Shown: positions 25,100 through 36,325 of the stretch, in pieces
Layout of the letters: the number at the start of each line of letters is the position of its first letter
Position numbering within the stretch: the first letter of the stretch is position 1
Source of the DNA: Epiperipatus broadwayi
Taxonomy: Eukaryota; Animalia; Onychophora
DNA length: 64,000 nt
Direction of reading: 5' to 3'
Assembly (NCBI GenBank): GCA_028023455.1
Contig: JAQFVV010000003.1
Span: forward strand, 18,724,001-18,788,000
Notes under the pieces: generated by a model
What the model saw: only the letters and a program-made list of their open reading frames with translations
The model's database searches: none
Told to the model about the DNA's origin: nothing
Position numbers and translations under genes: made by a program

Positions 25100-27500
25100 A
25101 GGAAAGTTGTGAACAAATTAACATTTCAAAAATATGAACATTGGCATTTTGGAATTGACAGAAATGTGATTTTACAAATAAGAAAAAAAGCTAGAACAGT
25201 ATTTAAATCAAGTTTGGCAATAAAAAAAAATATATGAAGAAATTCTGCCAAAGAATTTGGAAGCAAAATGTCAAGATCATTTATTTGTAATTTAGCAATG
25301 ACTTTTTTAAAATTGTTGAGACAATTTAACTATTAGCAAAATATCATAAAAGAAATTGAGATTCTAACCAGGAAATAGATTTACTAGTGCTTTATTAAGT
25401 CTTTCAATTCACCATTACCTTTTAATAAGTTTTTCAATTCTCCACTGAACTCTTAAATATGATAGTCATAAGTTATGGAGTTCATTGTTTATATGTGCCT
25501 ACATCTACAAAGATCAGCAAACTGTTGAAGTTCATTTATAAAAAAGATGAGCACGATTATGAGTTACTCTAAATCTATTAATGAGATTCCAGTAATATAA
25601 CAACTAGAAAAATTTAAATCTAACTGACTTTATGATTGAATCTGGGAAAGGAAATTTGTTTGTAACTTCATAAGAAGTCTATTTGTTTTAATACCAATAA
25701 TTTTTTAATTGCTTGAAAAATTTCTTGGTTGAACATCCAAGGGAAGAATCTTAATTTGAAAAATAATATTGGCACCCTCAAATGGATTGATTTATTTACA
25801 GTGGCATCCTATTCTTTCACATACTTCTCCATCAGATATTAGAAGAGAAGTTGCCTCACAAAAAATTTTTAAAAATTATTTAAGCAGGTCAGATTTGCCA
25901 ATAACTTTTTAAATGATGATGTGAGATAAACTGTTAACTTGATGAAGAATGGAAAATCATGAAATGATGAAATCATAAATATTGTTAAATAAGTAAATAA
26001 AAAAAATAGGGGAACTATTAAGAAAGTTATATACAGGATATCTCAGTACCAGATATGTAGGAAAGTGCAGTTATAATATTGATATTTAAGAAAAACAGAA
26101 AAAAAGTTATCAGTTCTATTTAAGATATAATTATAGTTCTTATACAGAAAACTTCATTGTGTCAAGCCAGCTCAAAGAACAAGTTATATTTAAAGAGGTT
26201 ATCGTATAATATATCATTTATATATTAAGAAAAAATTATAATTTGTTAGAATGATGTAGTGAAGAGAAAATTGATAATAAAAAGCTGGATTAAGCTAATA
26301 TTACCAGAGATTAAGATATCCTTTTTCATTGAATTTGTAGATTACTTTTTAAAAAAAACGTTTTTGCTCTGATTAAAGATTTGGAACATTTTTACGAAGA
26401 CCAATGGTATTATCAAATTCTGAATAATATTTATGAAATTTTAACACTCTTAATTAGACTATATGGAAACACTAAAAAAAATTAACTTTATTAAAATTAT
26501 ACGCAAAAATGATTCAATCTCTAGAAATTTTTTTACTAAAATTTGCACAAAATATTTATCACTTAAAATGGAAAACAAAAATATTAAAAATAAAGATATT
26601 ATGTAATTTATTCAGATTATGTAGATGATTTATTTATTTCACAAATAATATAAAGGAATACACCAAACTTCTTTTTAAAACTTGTTTTTTATATGACTAT
26701 TATAAAAATAAAATAACACACTAACGTTTTGACTATTTTATAATATTGTGTTGAGTGTTCCTTGAAAAAGACTATATTATAAAATAATCAAAATTTATAA
26801 TAGTCATATAAAAAACAAGTTTTAAAATGAAGTTTGGTATGTTTATTTATATATATATAGGAGATTGTTTGTAATAGAAAAGGTGTTGGGTGTTCCTTGA
26901 AAAACACTATATTATAAAATAGTCGACGCATTAGTGTTATTTTATTTTTTAATAGTCATATAAAAAACAAGTTTTAAAAAGAAAAAGTTTGGTATATTCA
27001 TTTATATATATGGAAATATTATGAACTATTTTGAAAAGAAAAACTGTGTAGATGATATTTTAAAATTCACAAATATTTCAAAGCTGCAGAAAATATAAGA
27101 TTTATTAAATGAAAGCAATAAAACGGGACCAAAGATATTTTTTAAAAAAAGTCCAATGACTTTTAAAAAATAAAATTAATATTAATAAATTATAAGTAAT
27201 AGATCTAACTTATGTGAAATGCTTTCAGCAAAAATAATATTAAATGGAATTATGCATATGTGTCTATAAAAAAAAGAGAGGTTTTTAATAAATATATTCT
27301 ATTAGTCTGTTACATGGATTCTGAGAAAAGCATTACAGATCCTGCAGACCATATAGTAAAATCTGGAGAGATGAGTGTTGGGATTAATAAAGAGACATTT
27401 GAAACTAAATAAATGGGTATAGATTTGTTTCAAGAGTAATAGGTTTTTCATACAGATAATATATCTTGGATACACTTTATTTTAAAAGAGATATTGAAAA
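25100..27500 (+). mobile_element. Old decayed RTE-like LINE
   Basis: VPDM*ESAVIILIFKK at ~26047 parallels VPEDWKNAVIILIFKK of the intact RTE. CVDDILKF at 27045 occupies the YADD position. Confidence 0.6.
26660..26997. mobile_element. Foldback/MITE-like insertion with a duplicated right arm
   Basis: 26660-26745 is the reverse complement of ~26910-26997. A shorter direct copy of the right arm lies at ~26775-26840. Confidence 0.65.
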
Positions 27501-27619
27501 CAAATATTTTTGTGTAATCATATATGTGTGAATATAAAGGTAGTACATTCCTTTATAGAAAAAATAAAATAAAACAAAAACTTTCATATACAGAATTTGA
27601 TTCATTTACACAATTATTC

Positions 27620-28050
27620 AAAATGTCCCTCATTATTATCAGCCTGCAGATTTAGATATTTTTTCAAGCAACATTCACATGATTAATGATGTCAAAATTA
27701 ATATCAATATAAGTATCAATAATTTATTGATGCAAATGTTCATTTAACATTTTTGTTTTGTTTTATATATATATGTTTATTTTCAAATGACTTCCAAAAT
27801 AAAAATTTAGTAGTATAAGATTGGGATTTTCATTAACTCTCAACAGCGCTTAACGTTTGATATTTTTTGCACTCTCTATAGCTTCTCTTTCAAGTGCTTC
27901 ACAAGCTTTTAATTTTATATATAATCAAAATATTAAAATGCAAGAACATTGGCCATCACAGTCCTATAGGAATTGTTTATCTTCATTTAAGACTTATTAC
28001 CATACAATTAATATATGTGAAGATCCTGTTTGTTTAAACTTTGCAGCAAG
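27620..28050 (-). pseudogene. Possible Tc1/mariner-superfamily transposase remnant
   Basis: RYVSKLAAKFKQTGS (HTH-like) near 28000 and NNEGHFE near 27630 (C-terminal GHFE motif). The middle is missing. Confidence 0.35.
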
Positions 28051-28528
28051 TTTGCTAACATACCTCTGGTTTTGGCTTAATCTAGATGCATTCTGTTAAA
28101 TTTTACAATGACTTCTTTTTAACTTTAATTTCTTATGACAGATTATTTTGATTTCTTTTTTTATTATTTCCTGAGATTCATCATAGTCTTTAAAAAATGT
28201 GATTAACATTTAGTACACCATGTAGTTGTAAATTATTTTACATTTTATTATATTTTTTCTCAGTATAGTTGTAAAGATCATTCAAAATATAATTGTGTAA
28301 TTATATTGCTACATATTATTACTATATTAATAATAATTAAAAAAAATAGTCTGTGCAATTTATTACAATATTAGAATGATGGGCTCAAAAACTTAATCCA
28401 AACTTGTCTTGTCATTTCTAGTGCTTGAATATCAAGTTATTTAATATTATTAATATAATATTTGTAAAATTATTAATAATTAATATAATTATGGTTATAT
28501 GCTTAAGTTACAGTTTTTTTCTTTTTAG

Positions 28529-28624
28529 GTTCCTATTTCTCGCCAAAGTATGAAATCTTTTAGAAAGCTATTAAAAGATTTAGCAGAACCAATTTCAGGT
28601 GAAGATGATTCCAAAGAGAAATAA
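28529..28624 (+). CDS. Candidate isolated exon (VPISRQSMKSFRKLLKDLAEPISGEDDSKEK*), product unknown
   Basis: Strong acceptor tttttttctttttAG, only one open frame, a possible donor at CAG|GTGAAG or a stop at 28622, and AATAAA near 28689. No partner exon found. Confidence 0.25.
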   Translation, partial: VPISRQSMKSFRKLLKDLAEPISGEDDSKEK

Positions 28625-29430
28625 ACTCCTTTTTCATTTTTATTTATTATTGGCAAAAAAGTATTGCTAATATTTTGTAATTTTTTTCAATAAATCATTT
28701 ATATATAAGTATTTAAGATATTTTATAATTTCTCACAAAATCAAAATAATTGTATTTTTCAATATATTGTAATATAGTTGTGTTTTGTTATCTGTGCCTC
28801 AGTAGAATGTTCATTTTAGATTATACTTTTTAAGAAAAAACAAATATGAAACAGAGAAGGCTAATATAGCAATAATGAAATAATAGCTTTAACCAAAAAA
28901 AGTTGCTAAATAAAAAAATACACACATTAAGTATTCACATTGGATTGCTCAAATAGTTATAATGATAGATAATATTTGGAGTGAATGGAAAGTTACTCAA
29001 GTTCTTGGATTGTTGTTGATTAGACACATTCAAATTGATAAAGGTATGAGTGGCAATGGCTTATAAGATTACTGTGGTAACATTTTGGGGAGGAAGCTAA
29101 GTAGTAGTATGGCAGCAATTTTTTATAATATTGTTTTAACTTAATTAGATAAAGGAATGCAGCTAGATTCAACTTAAATATTAGTCAAGTTTGTGTCAAA
29201 TGGCATAGCTTTAAAACTACCTTAAGTTTGCTCTTATATTCAATTGCAATGACATCAGACTTTGACTTACATTTTGGCTCTAGATAATATTAAAGTGTAT
29301 ATTAAATTGCTGAAATACAAGTAAATTTCTCAATGTATTAATGTTTTATTGCATTACTCTGCAGTTTATGTCATATTAGATCTATATCTGAAGTAGTTTT
29401 AAAGAGTGTGGTATTAAAAAAATGCCTATT

Positions 29431-30222
29431 TAATGAGATATTATTTTATATAGCGCTATGTTTTAATACTGTAATAGTGATATTAGCGATTAAGCCAATG
29501 CACATGCGCTTTAAAGATAAATTATAAATGAATACTCTCACTTTTTCCAGACACGAGATATAGTATTTTAGAAAGAATGGAGTGAATCCACCCATTCTTT
29601 CGACCCAAACATTTATGTAAAGATTTCGCAGGTGTCATTCGATCAAACATAATAAATGTAATTTAAAGTGATTGCTTAACACCTTCACGCTCTCATTTCC
29701 ATACGCTTAAGATTTGCCCATGCATAAATGTTTGGGTTGAAAGAATGGGTGGATTCATTCCATTTTTTCTAAAATACTATATCTCGTGTCTGGAAAAAGT
29801 GAGAGTATTTATTTATAATTTATCTTTAAAGCGCATGTGCATTGGCTTAATCGCTAATATTACTATTACAGTATTAAAACATAGCGCTATATAAAATAAT
29901 ATCTCATTATATATGTTTAATTTCAACTAAAGAGTGACGCGTCATAAATTGTAAAAATTTCGCAGGCATCATTCGTTCAAACATAACAAATGTAATTTAA
30001 AGTGATTGCTTAACACCTTCATGCTCTCATTTCCTTATGCTTAAGATTTGTCCATACATAAATGTTTGGGTCGAAAGAATGGGTGGATTCATTCCATTCT
30101 TTCTAAAATACTGGGTGGATTCATTCCATTCTTTCTAAAATACTATATCTCGTGTCTGGAAAAAAATGAGAGTATTCATTTATAATTTATCTTTAAAGCG
30201 CATGTGCATTGGCTTAATCGCT
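29431..30222. mobile_element. Family C insertion: inverted arm plus partial direct tandem, with 13-bp flanking duplication
   Basis: 29431-29617 is the reverse complement of ~29722-29909. 29616-29949 repeats from 29950 to 30222 (period 334). aaaaatgcctatt occurs at 29418-29430 and 30223-30235. Confidence 0.8.
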
Positions 30223-31202
30223 AAAAATGCCTATTGTAAACTTGATTCAATATTTATTAGAGGAGCATCAAACATTTTTATGCTGCGTGAGTTTAATGTC
30301 TCTGAATAGAAGGATTTACCCTACATATGTAGTTGAGATTATATGCAAGCAGATTGTTTATAATAATTCAAAGTTTTTTTGTTATTCCACTATTAAAAAT
30401 GTCAACATAAGTCCAACTTAGGGAAAGGTTTTGTAGAGTGAATAATGATACATATCTGATATGTTTACATTAGTTTGTATATTATTCCTTAATCTATTGA
30501 AAGATTTTGAATTGGCAAATTAATTAAGTAAAAGATTTTGGTCAATAAGTTTATTCAAATCCTGTGAGTTCTAAAGATTCTATATATAAGAGTATGTCTT
30601 TTCTTTTCCCATAAGTGTGAGACTTGTTTTTGTTATAGATTGGTTAGCAATGATAAACCAAAGAGAATAAATGCAAAAATTGATGTCTTCTTATTTTAGT
30701 AGTTAAATAGTGTTTTTGCAGTTTGAAAATTTGTAAGTGTTGGTGTAATTTTTTATTTGATGATGATATGGATAGATATTTTGAAACATTGATGTCAGAG
30801 TCAGAAAGTTAAAGTTATCCTAATTAACAAATGCCATACTATTTGTTATTTTGTTTAGTTGTTTTTTGATAATCCTGTTGAACCACATCCTAGAAAATTT
30901 TTTTATGATTGATTCAAGTAGAACCCACACATAGTGGATCTATCTATACACAGAAAAATTAAGGGAGCAATTTTAATGATAAGTCTTTTTGTTATTTGAA
31001 TGATGTGCTACATTTTGAAGAAGATTTTAGGAGAAATTGATCTATTGTTAATATAATTAATTGTAACAGCAAATTATGATGATTAAATATAGAATATCTG
31101 CTAGTCAAGTACCTAGATTGGCATTATTAAAAGCTACTTTGAAGTTCATCTTAATATTAATATCAGAGAGCTTATTGATCTAGTATGTACAACCATTTAA
31201 TA

Positions 31203-31232
31203 TAAACAGGCAAAACTCTCCATACAGTAGTG
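31203..31232 (-). repeat. 30-bp 3' fragment of family A
   Basis: taaacaggcaaaactctccatacagtagtg matches the family A 3' end. Confidence 0.75.
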
Positions 31233-32657
31233 ATGTTTAGTCATTTAATATAAAATGAAAAAGATATATTCTATATGAAAGCCAGATAGGGCAACATGTT
31301 TTCTTGGGGGGGGGGGGTGAATTCTAAACAAGTACATTTGTATGAATATTATCAATGCAGAATGATTGTAAATTTTTTAGGAATAAGAATTGAGTGATTT
31401 TTTTTCATTTACAATGATTATAATTTGTCTGTTTAAAGCAGAAATACTAGAGTTGCTTGGCTATGCTAATAAGCAGATCAACAAAAAAAGCACCAGATGC
31501 ATTGGGTTTTGAATTGAATGGTAGTGATATAATAATCTATTAATTGTTAGATTCAGTCTCTTGATTTATAGATCAACTATCTACTATGAATAGTGAAGTT
31601 GCTGATTTGACAATCAATCAATCTCATGCATGATTAAATAATTGGATGAATATTTTTATTGTAAAAATGGTTACATCTTTTGTTATCCTGGATGTGAATC
31701 TCTTGTAATAAGGCCATAGTTGTTTGGTGAAATTCATGGATGTTTTATAAATTTTCTGGAGAATATAATATTTTTCACTTTGCATGAAAGAGGTTTTTTT
31801 TTTAATAATTAATATCCTGCATTAATTAACTGATATAATCATAATACCAATTTCAATATAGATTCTACTACTATTAGAAAATATTACTGGAAAGATTGAT
31901 ATTTTGCTATGGTTTCATTGGGATAGATAGATGATATAGTCATTCTGTGTCATTGAAATAATTGGTGTATTAAAAGCCAACATTTAGAAATGATGTCATA
32001 GATTCCAGTCTATAGTCCAAATAGAATGTGTTTAAGCATTGATATAAAATGTTTGTCAGAAATGTAAAGCTCTTATAAAATGTGGTTTATAACTTTCCAA
32101 TCTGATATAATGCTAACATATTTTCCATCTCTGAAATATACCGATTATATATAATTTTGGCATGATATAGTGAATATGAGAAAAAAAAAATCCAATTGGG
32201 AGTTTGTATTATTTTTAAGTTGGGTTTATTTAATATCCTTTTTTCATAATTCATTCAACATCCATCAATCACTGCTAAATGTATTTCATTTTTCTGAAGC
32301 TTTTGGGTCAACCTTGGACCCTATCTACTTTTCTTCAGTCATCTTGAATGATGTTTTTTGTTTTGGATTTTTGACCCTGTACATTGGGTTTGCTCTCACC
32401 AGAATTGTTTGATATGGGACTCATAGTAATCTGACATATTTAACATGGAATAAATGTCTTGTTTTCCAGATTGTTTGTTGTCCATAGCTAATTTATTACT
32501 AGTATAAATAGACTAGTGTCACAGGTTGCACACTACCAATACTTTTTTAAATAGCCCATATTAATATTTGATAAATATTTACAATAATAGATTAAAAAAA
32601 ACATTTATAATGAACATTTTTAATTAGTATGCAACTAAAGAGCAAAAAATTAATTGT

Positions 32658-32800
32658 TTCTTCAATCACAATTGGGGTTTTTGTATTTAATTTGAAGTAA
32701 AAGCAGTACAGGATATCCAGAAATTAATTAAGTCACCCACCCACCCCATACTTTTATTTTTATTTCAAGTTAAATACAAACCCCAACTGTGGTTGAAGAA
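32658..32800. mobile_element. Small hairpin/MITE-like element (143 bp, ~44-bp arms)
   Basis: ttcttcaatcacaattggggtttttgtatttaatttgaagtaaaa versus the reverse complement of the right arm, ttcttcaaccacagttggggtttgtatttaacttgaaataaaa. Confidence 0.7.
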
Positions 32801-34651
32801 TTTTTTTATAATTCTAAAGTCATCTTAATGCCTAAAATTAAGTAAAGATCGTTTATAACATACATTTACATATTTCAAAAATGTATTTAAAAAGTCAATT
32901 TTTAGAATCAAAAGAAAAAATGTCATTTTAAAAAGTGACACTAAAATACTTTTTAATATAACCTTTTTTAAAATATATATAATATATTGCCCTCTCCATG
33001 CATCACCGAAAATGTAGCAATTTGCTTAATATTTAAAAGTAAAGTCGTGCCGATTAAAAAACATTTACAATACAATTTGCTTATTTGAAAAACATTTTAA
33101 AAAAAATCAATTATCAAAATAAATATATTCTTTCTAAAAAAGGAAACTTATAATGAAGGTTTTGTTTTTATGCAGTAAAAAAAAAAAGATACTTTTTAAA
33201 GTTTTTTAAAATATGTCGCCATTCACACCATTAACGAAAATTTATTGAAATGATTTGAATGAAATTTTATCTGCTTTACCTTTGGATTTAAATAACCAAT
33301 AATATTTTAGCATCATACTGTATTTCCAGTAATTTATAAGAAATGTACCAAATTTCAACAAATTATACTTGAATATAAATATTTTAATCCTCGTTTTTAA
33401 AATTTTATTCTATTTTCAATAAAAATATTTACAAATTATCAAACCTACAAAGAATCTTATAACTTAAAGTGTTTAAAAATATAATTTAAAAAAAAAAAAC
33501 TGTTTCATATGTATAAATTTTTTTAACCTATTTTATTTATAGTTGAAATTAATATTTATTGTCAATATAATCAAACATGATACATTATTTCTCATCAAAA
33601 TTAGCATGTTTGATTTTTATGTGTGCTTGTAATTTACTATCATATTTATCAAATCTTCTTTGACAATGTCTTAATATTGACAAAACAATAATTGATCTCA
33701 TTTTTTAAATATATTTTTATGACTTAATGAAGGGAAGGGGATCATCCTTATTTACTTAATTTGTTTATGATGTCTTATGCCTTTGCAAAGATAATATATA
33801 AAAAAGAATTTTATGGAAATACATACTCATTAGTACAATATTAAGTTTCACATATGTGTTTTTATTAGTGTATTACTCAAATTGTGGATATAATGTAAAT
33901 ATAACTAACTATTCATTGGATTGATCAGATATAGTATATTTTAGCTCATTAAAGTCTATATTTATATGTAGGTCAGTTTCTAAATAATATGGACCATAAT
34001 AAAAATAGAATCTTCATTGCTCGCCTTTAAACTAGATCATAAATAAGGATTTATCAGCCAACTTGATATTTGGAATATTAGCCAATTCAACTTTATCTCT
34101 GAAATTAAGAACTATTGTTTGATTCATTACAGATTGCTGCTTTTTTCTAATTCATTAATTAAATCTATTTAACTATCAGAGAATTTCTGTTGATCAGATT
34201 CATTACAGTAGATATAATCTTTTCATTGATTATTAGATTAAGATTTTTTGACAAGAGGTTTTGCGATCATTGAGTGTCTGAATCTTCTTGGCAGTAAATG
34301 CAGCCCTTAACTAATTTACGTACTATAATAAAGAAGGCTTTTTGTCAGGAGTACTGTTGCAAAGTAGACAAACAGTTAAGTTGGCTTGTTAATGGCATCT
34401 AGATAATCACATAATGTTGCCTTGTAAATTTCAGTCTTGGTTTTCATTATATATTTACTTATAGTTGTTAGTTGTCTGCAAATCTGAAAGCTTTAAGACT
34501 TTGGAACATTGTGTAAGAATTGGCATTTGACTTTTAATCTCAACAGGATATTTTTCTGGATCATAAAATCTTTATACCTTATTTATATATAAAAAAAAAT
34601 GTGTATGGAACTAAAAAAATAAATAATAAAAATGGTATGGAACTAAAAAAT

Positions 34652-35140
34652 AAATGGTTTATTGCTCATGAGTTCATTAGAAGTACAAGAACTAGAAGTT
34701 AATAGCTTTGGTCATGATTCACAGATACTGAACTCTAGAGTGCCATTCTATCATTGCATTGATCCATCCAGGGTAATCAAATGGTTTATTGTCAAGGAGT
34801 TTATAAGATGTTTAAATCCTGGAAATGGCAGAATTGGGCCAGAACCCTAGAGTCTGCCAGTCTATCACTGTATTAAATTATGCAGAGCAAATAAATTGTT
34901 TACTGGTCAAGTTTTCAGCAAGAGTGAGTACCAGAATTGACAGGTGGATGCAGCAATACATACACCTTCAATTCCATAGTCCACCATTATTATGCTAAAT
35001 CATACAGAACAAAACAAATGGTTTATTGCTTGAGAGTTCATAAGAATTTCTACCACCAGCGAGTTGATACTGATACATAGACTTTGAACTTTAGAGACTA
35101 TCACTATTATTAAATCATGCAGTGCAAGAAAATGCTTTCT
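34652..35140. repeat. Diverged tandem array of four ~115-127-bp units with conserved junctions and variable middles
   Basis: aaat(g/t)gttta(t/c)tg recurs at ~34652, 34779, 34893 and 35016. Unit ends share gaac(t/c)(c/t)tagag..ctatca.t..attaaat.at.cag. Confidence 0.65.
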
Positions 35141-36016
35141 TTTAATGGGAATAAAAATTTTCAATTCTTGGTGTAATCTGTTAGAATTGTTATTTTTCAC
35201 CCAAATATGGATATAAATTTGATAATATTAAATACTACTGGAGAGCCTAAAGTTACAACAATCTGAAATTTATTGTTTCCATGATATTACTAGTAATAGT
35301 TATTGTCAACAAAATATTAATTTGTTCTGTTATTCTATTCCAGAGCCATATCCATGAATTCCAGACATTAGTTGTCAACCAAATTCTCGGATTTGTTTTT
35401 AGTTATTGGCTTCCTCTAAAGAAATTTAGTTGAGTCTTTTGGGATTCATTTATTATTCATACATACAATAGATGGTTATGAAGTAGAATGTTAAAAACTT
35501 TATTGCTGTTCATAATGCATTAACAAGATTTAAGAATTAAACTAATAAGCCCAGTATTTTTTTTTTAAATCAGTAGTAGTTCATGATTTTAATCAATAGT
35601 TCATAATTAATTTTCTTAATAGGTTTAAGAAAAGTTGACAACTTGAATGATTCTTTTATGCCTAAATAATAAAAGTATGCTATTTTTAGTTATGACATTT
35701 TTTATTTTGTGATACTGATTAGACAAATTTGTTTAACTTGAAAGATCACTGCTTAATTAATTCTTTTGACTGTTTTGCAATAGCAATTCCTTTCTATACT
35801 AATACTAAGATTGTTTTACTCCCATTCAGTTGAGAATTTAATCAATTTTTGACAGCCAGCAAGCTACTTTACTACTACTGCTCACAAGTGAGTTAGTTAT
35901 TTTATAACTGAGCCAATTATTTGTTACAAGCTTGCCTACACTATTAACTGCTCATCAGAAAGTTATCTCTAAAACACCAGCTTACAAATCAACAGCTTAT
36001 CTAAACCACTAAACAT

Positions 36017-36256
36017 AGTAGAGATAAAAGGTCATTGCTGGAGGGTTGCATTAGATCCTAAGATCTAGGTGCAGTGCTCTCAGATCCAAAGCTCCTCACT
36101 GACGAAAGCCACAAACTAGAAAGTAGTCTGGGGATATTGGATGAGTAGGCACTACATAGGGATTTTATGCACAAGACTTCTGGCATCCATTGATTAATTA
36201 CTCTGGTTTTCATTGAGTGGCACTACTGTATGAAGAGTTTTGCCTGTTTTAATAAC
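36017..36256 (+). mobile_element. Family A copy (full ~240-bp unit)
   Basis: Colinear with 19352-19603, from agtagagataaaagg to gttttgcctgttttaataa. Confidence 0.9.
36093..36134 (+). ncRNA. Hammerhead ribozyme motif A3 (degenerate)
   Basis: tcctca CTGACGA a agc cacaa act a GAAA gtag TC tgggga. The stem II outer pair is A-U instead of G-C. Stem III has a C>G mismatch. Confidence 0.6.
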
Positions 36257-36325
36257 TGCTTATCTTACTTAAATCATCATCATCAACCATTATCAATCCA
36301 CTGCAGGATGAAAGTCTCTCCAAGT

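Noticed and set aside
34652-35140. CRISPR array interpretation of the repeat-spacer-like array
   Set aside because: Eukaryotic context, repeats too degenerate and too long, and no cas genes.
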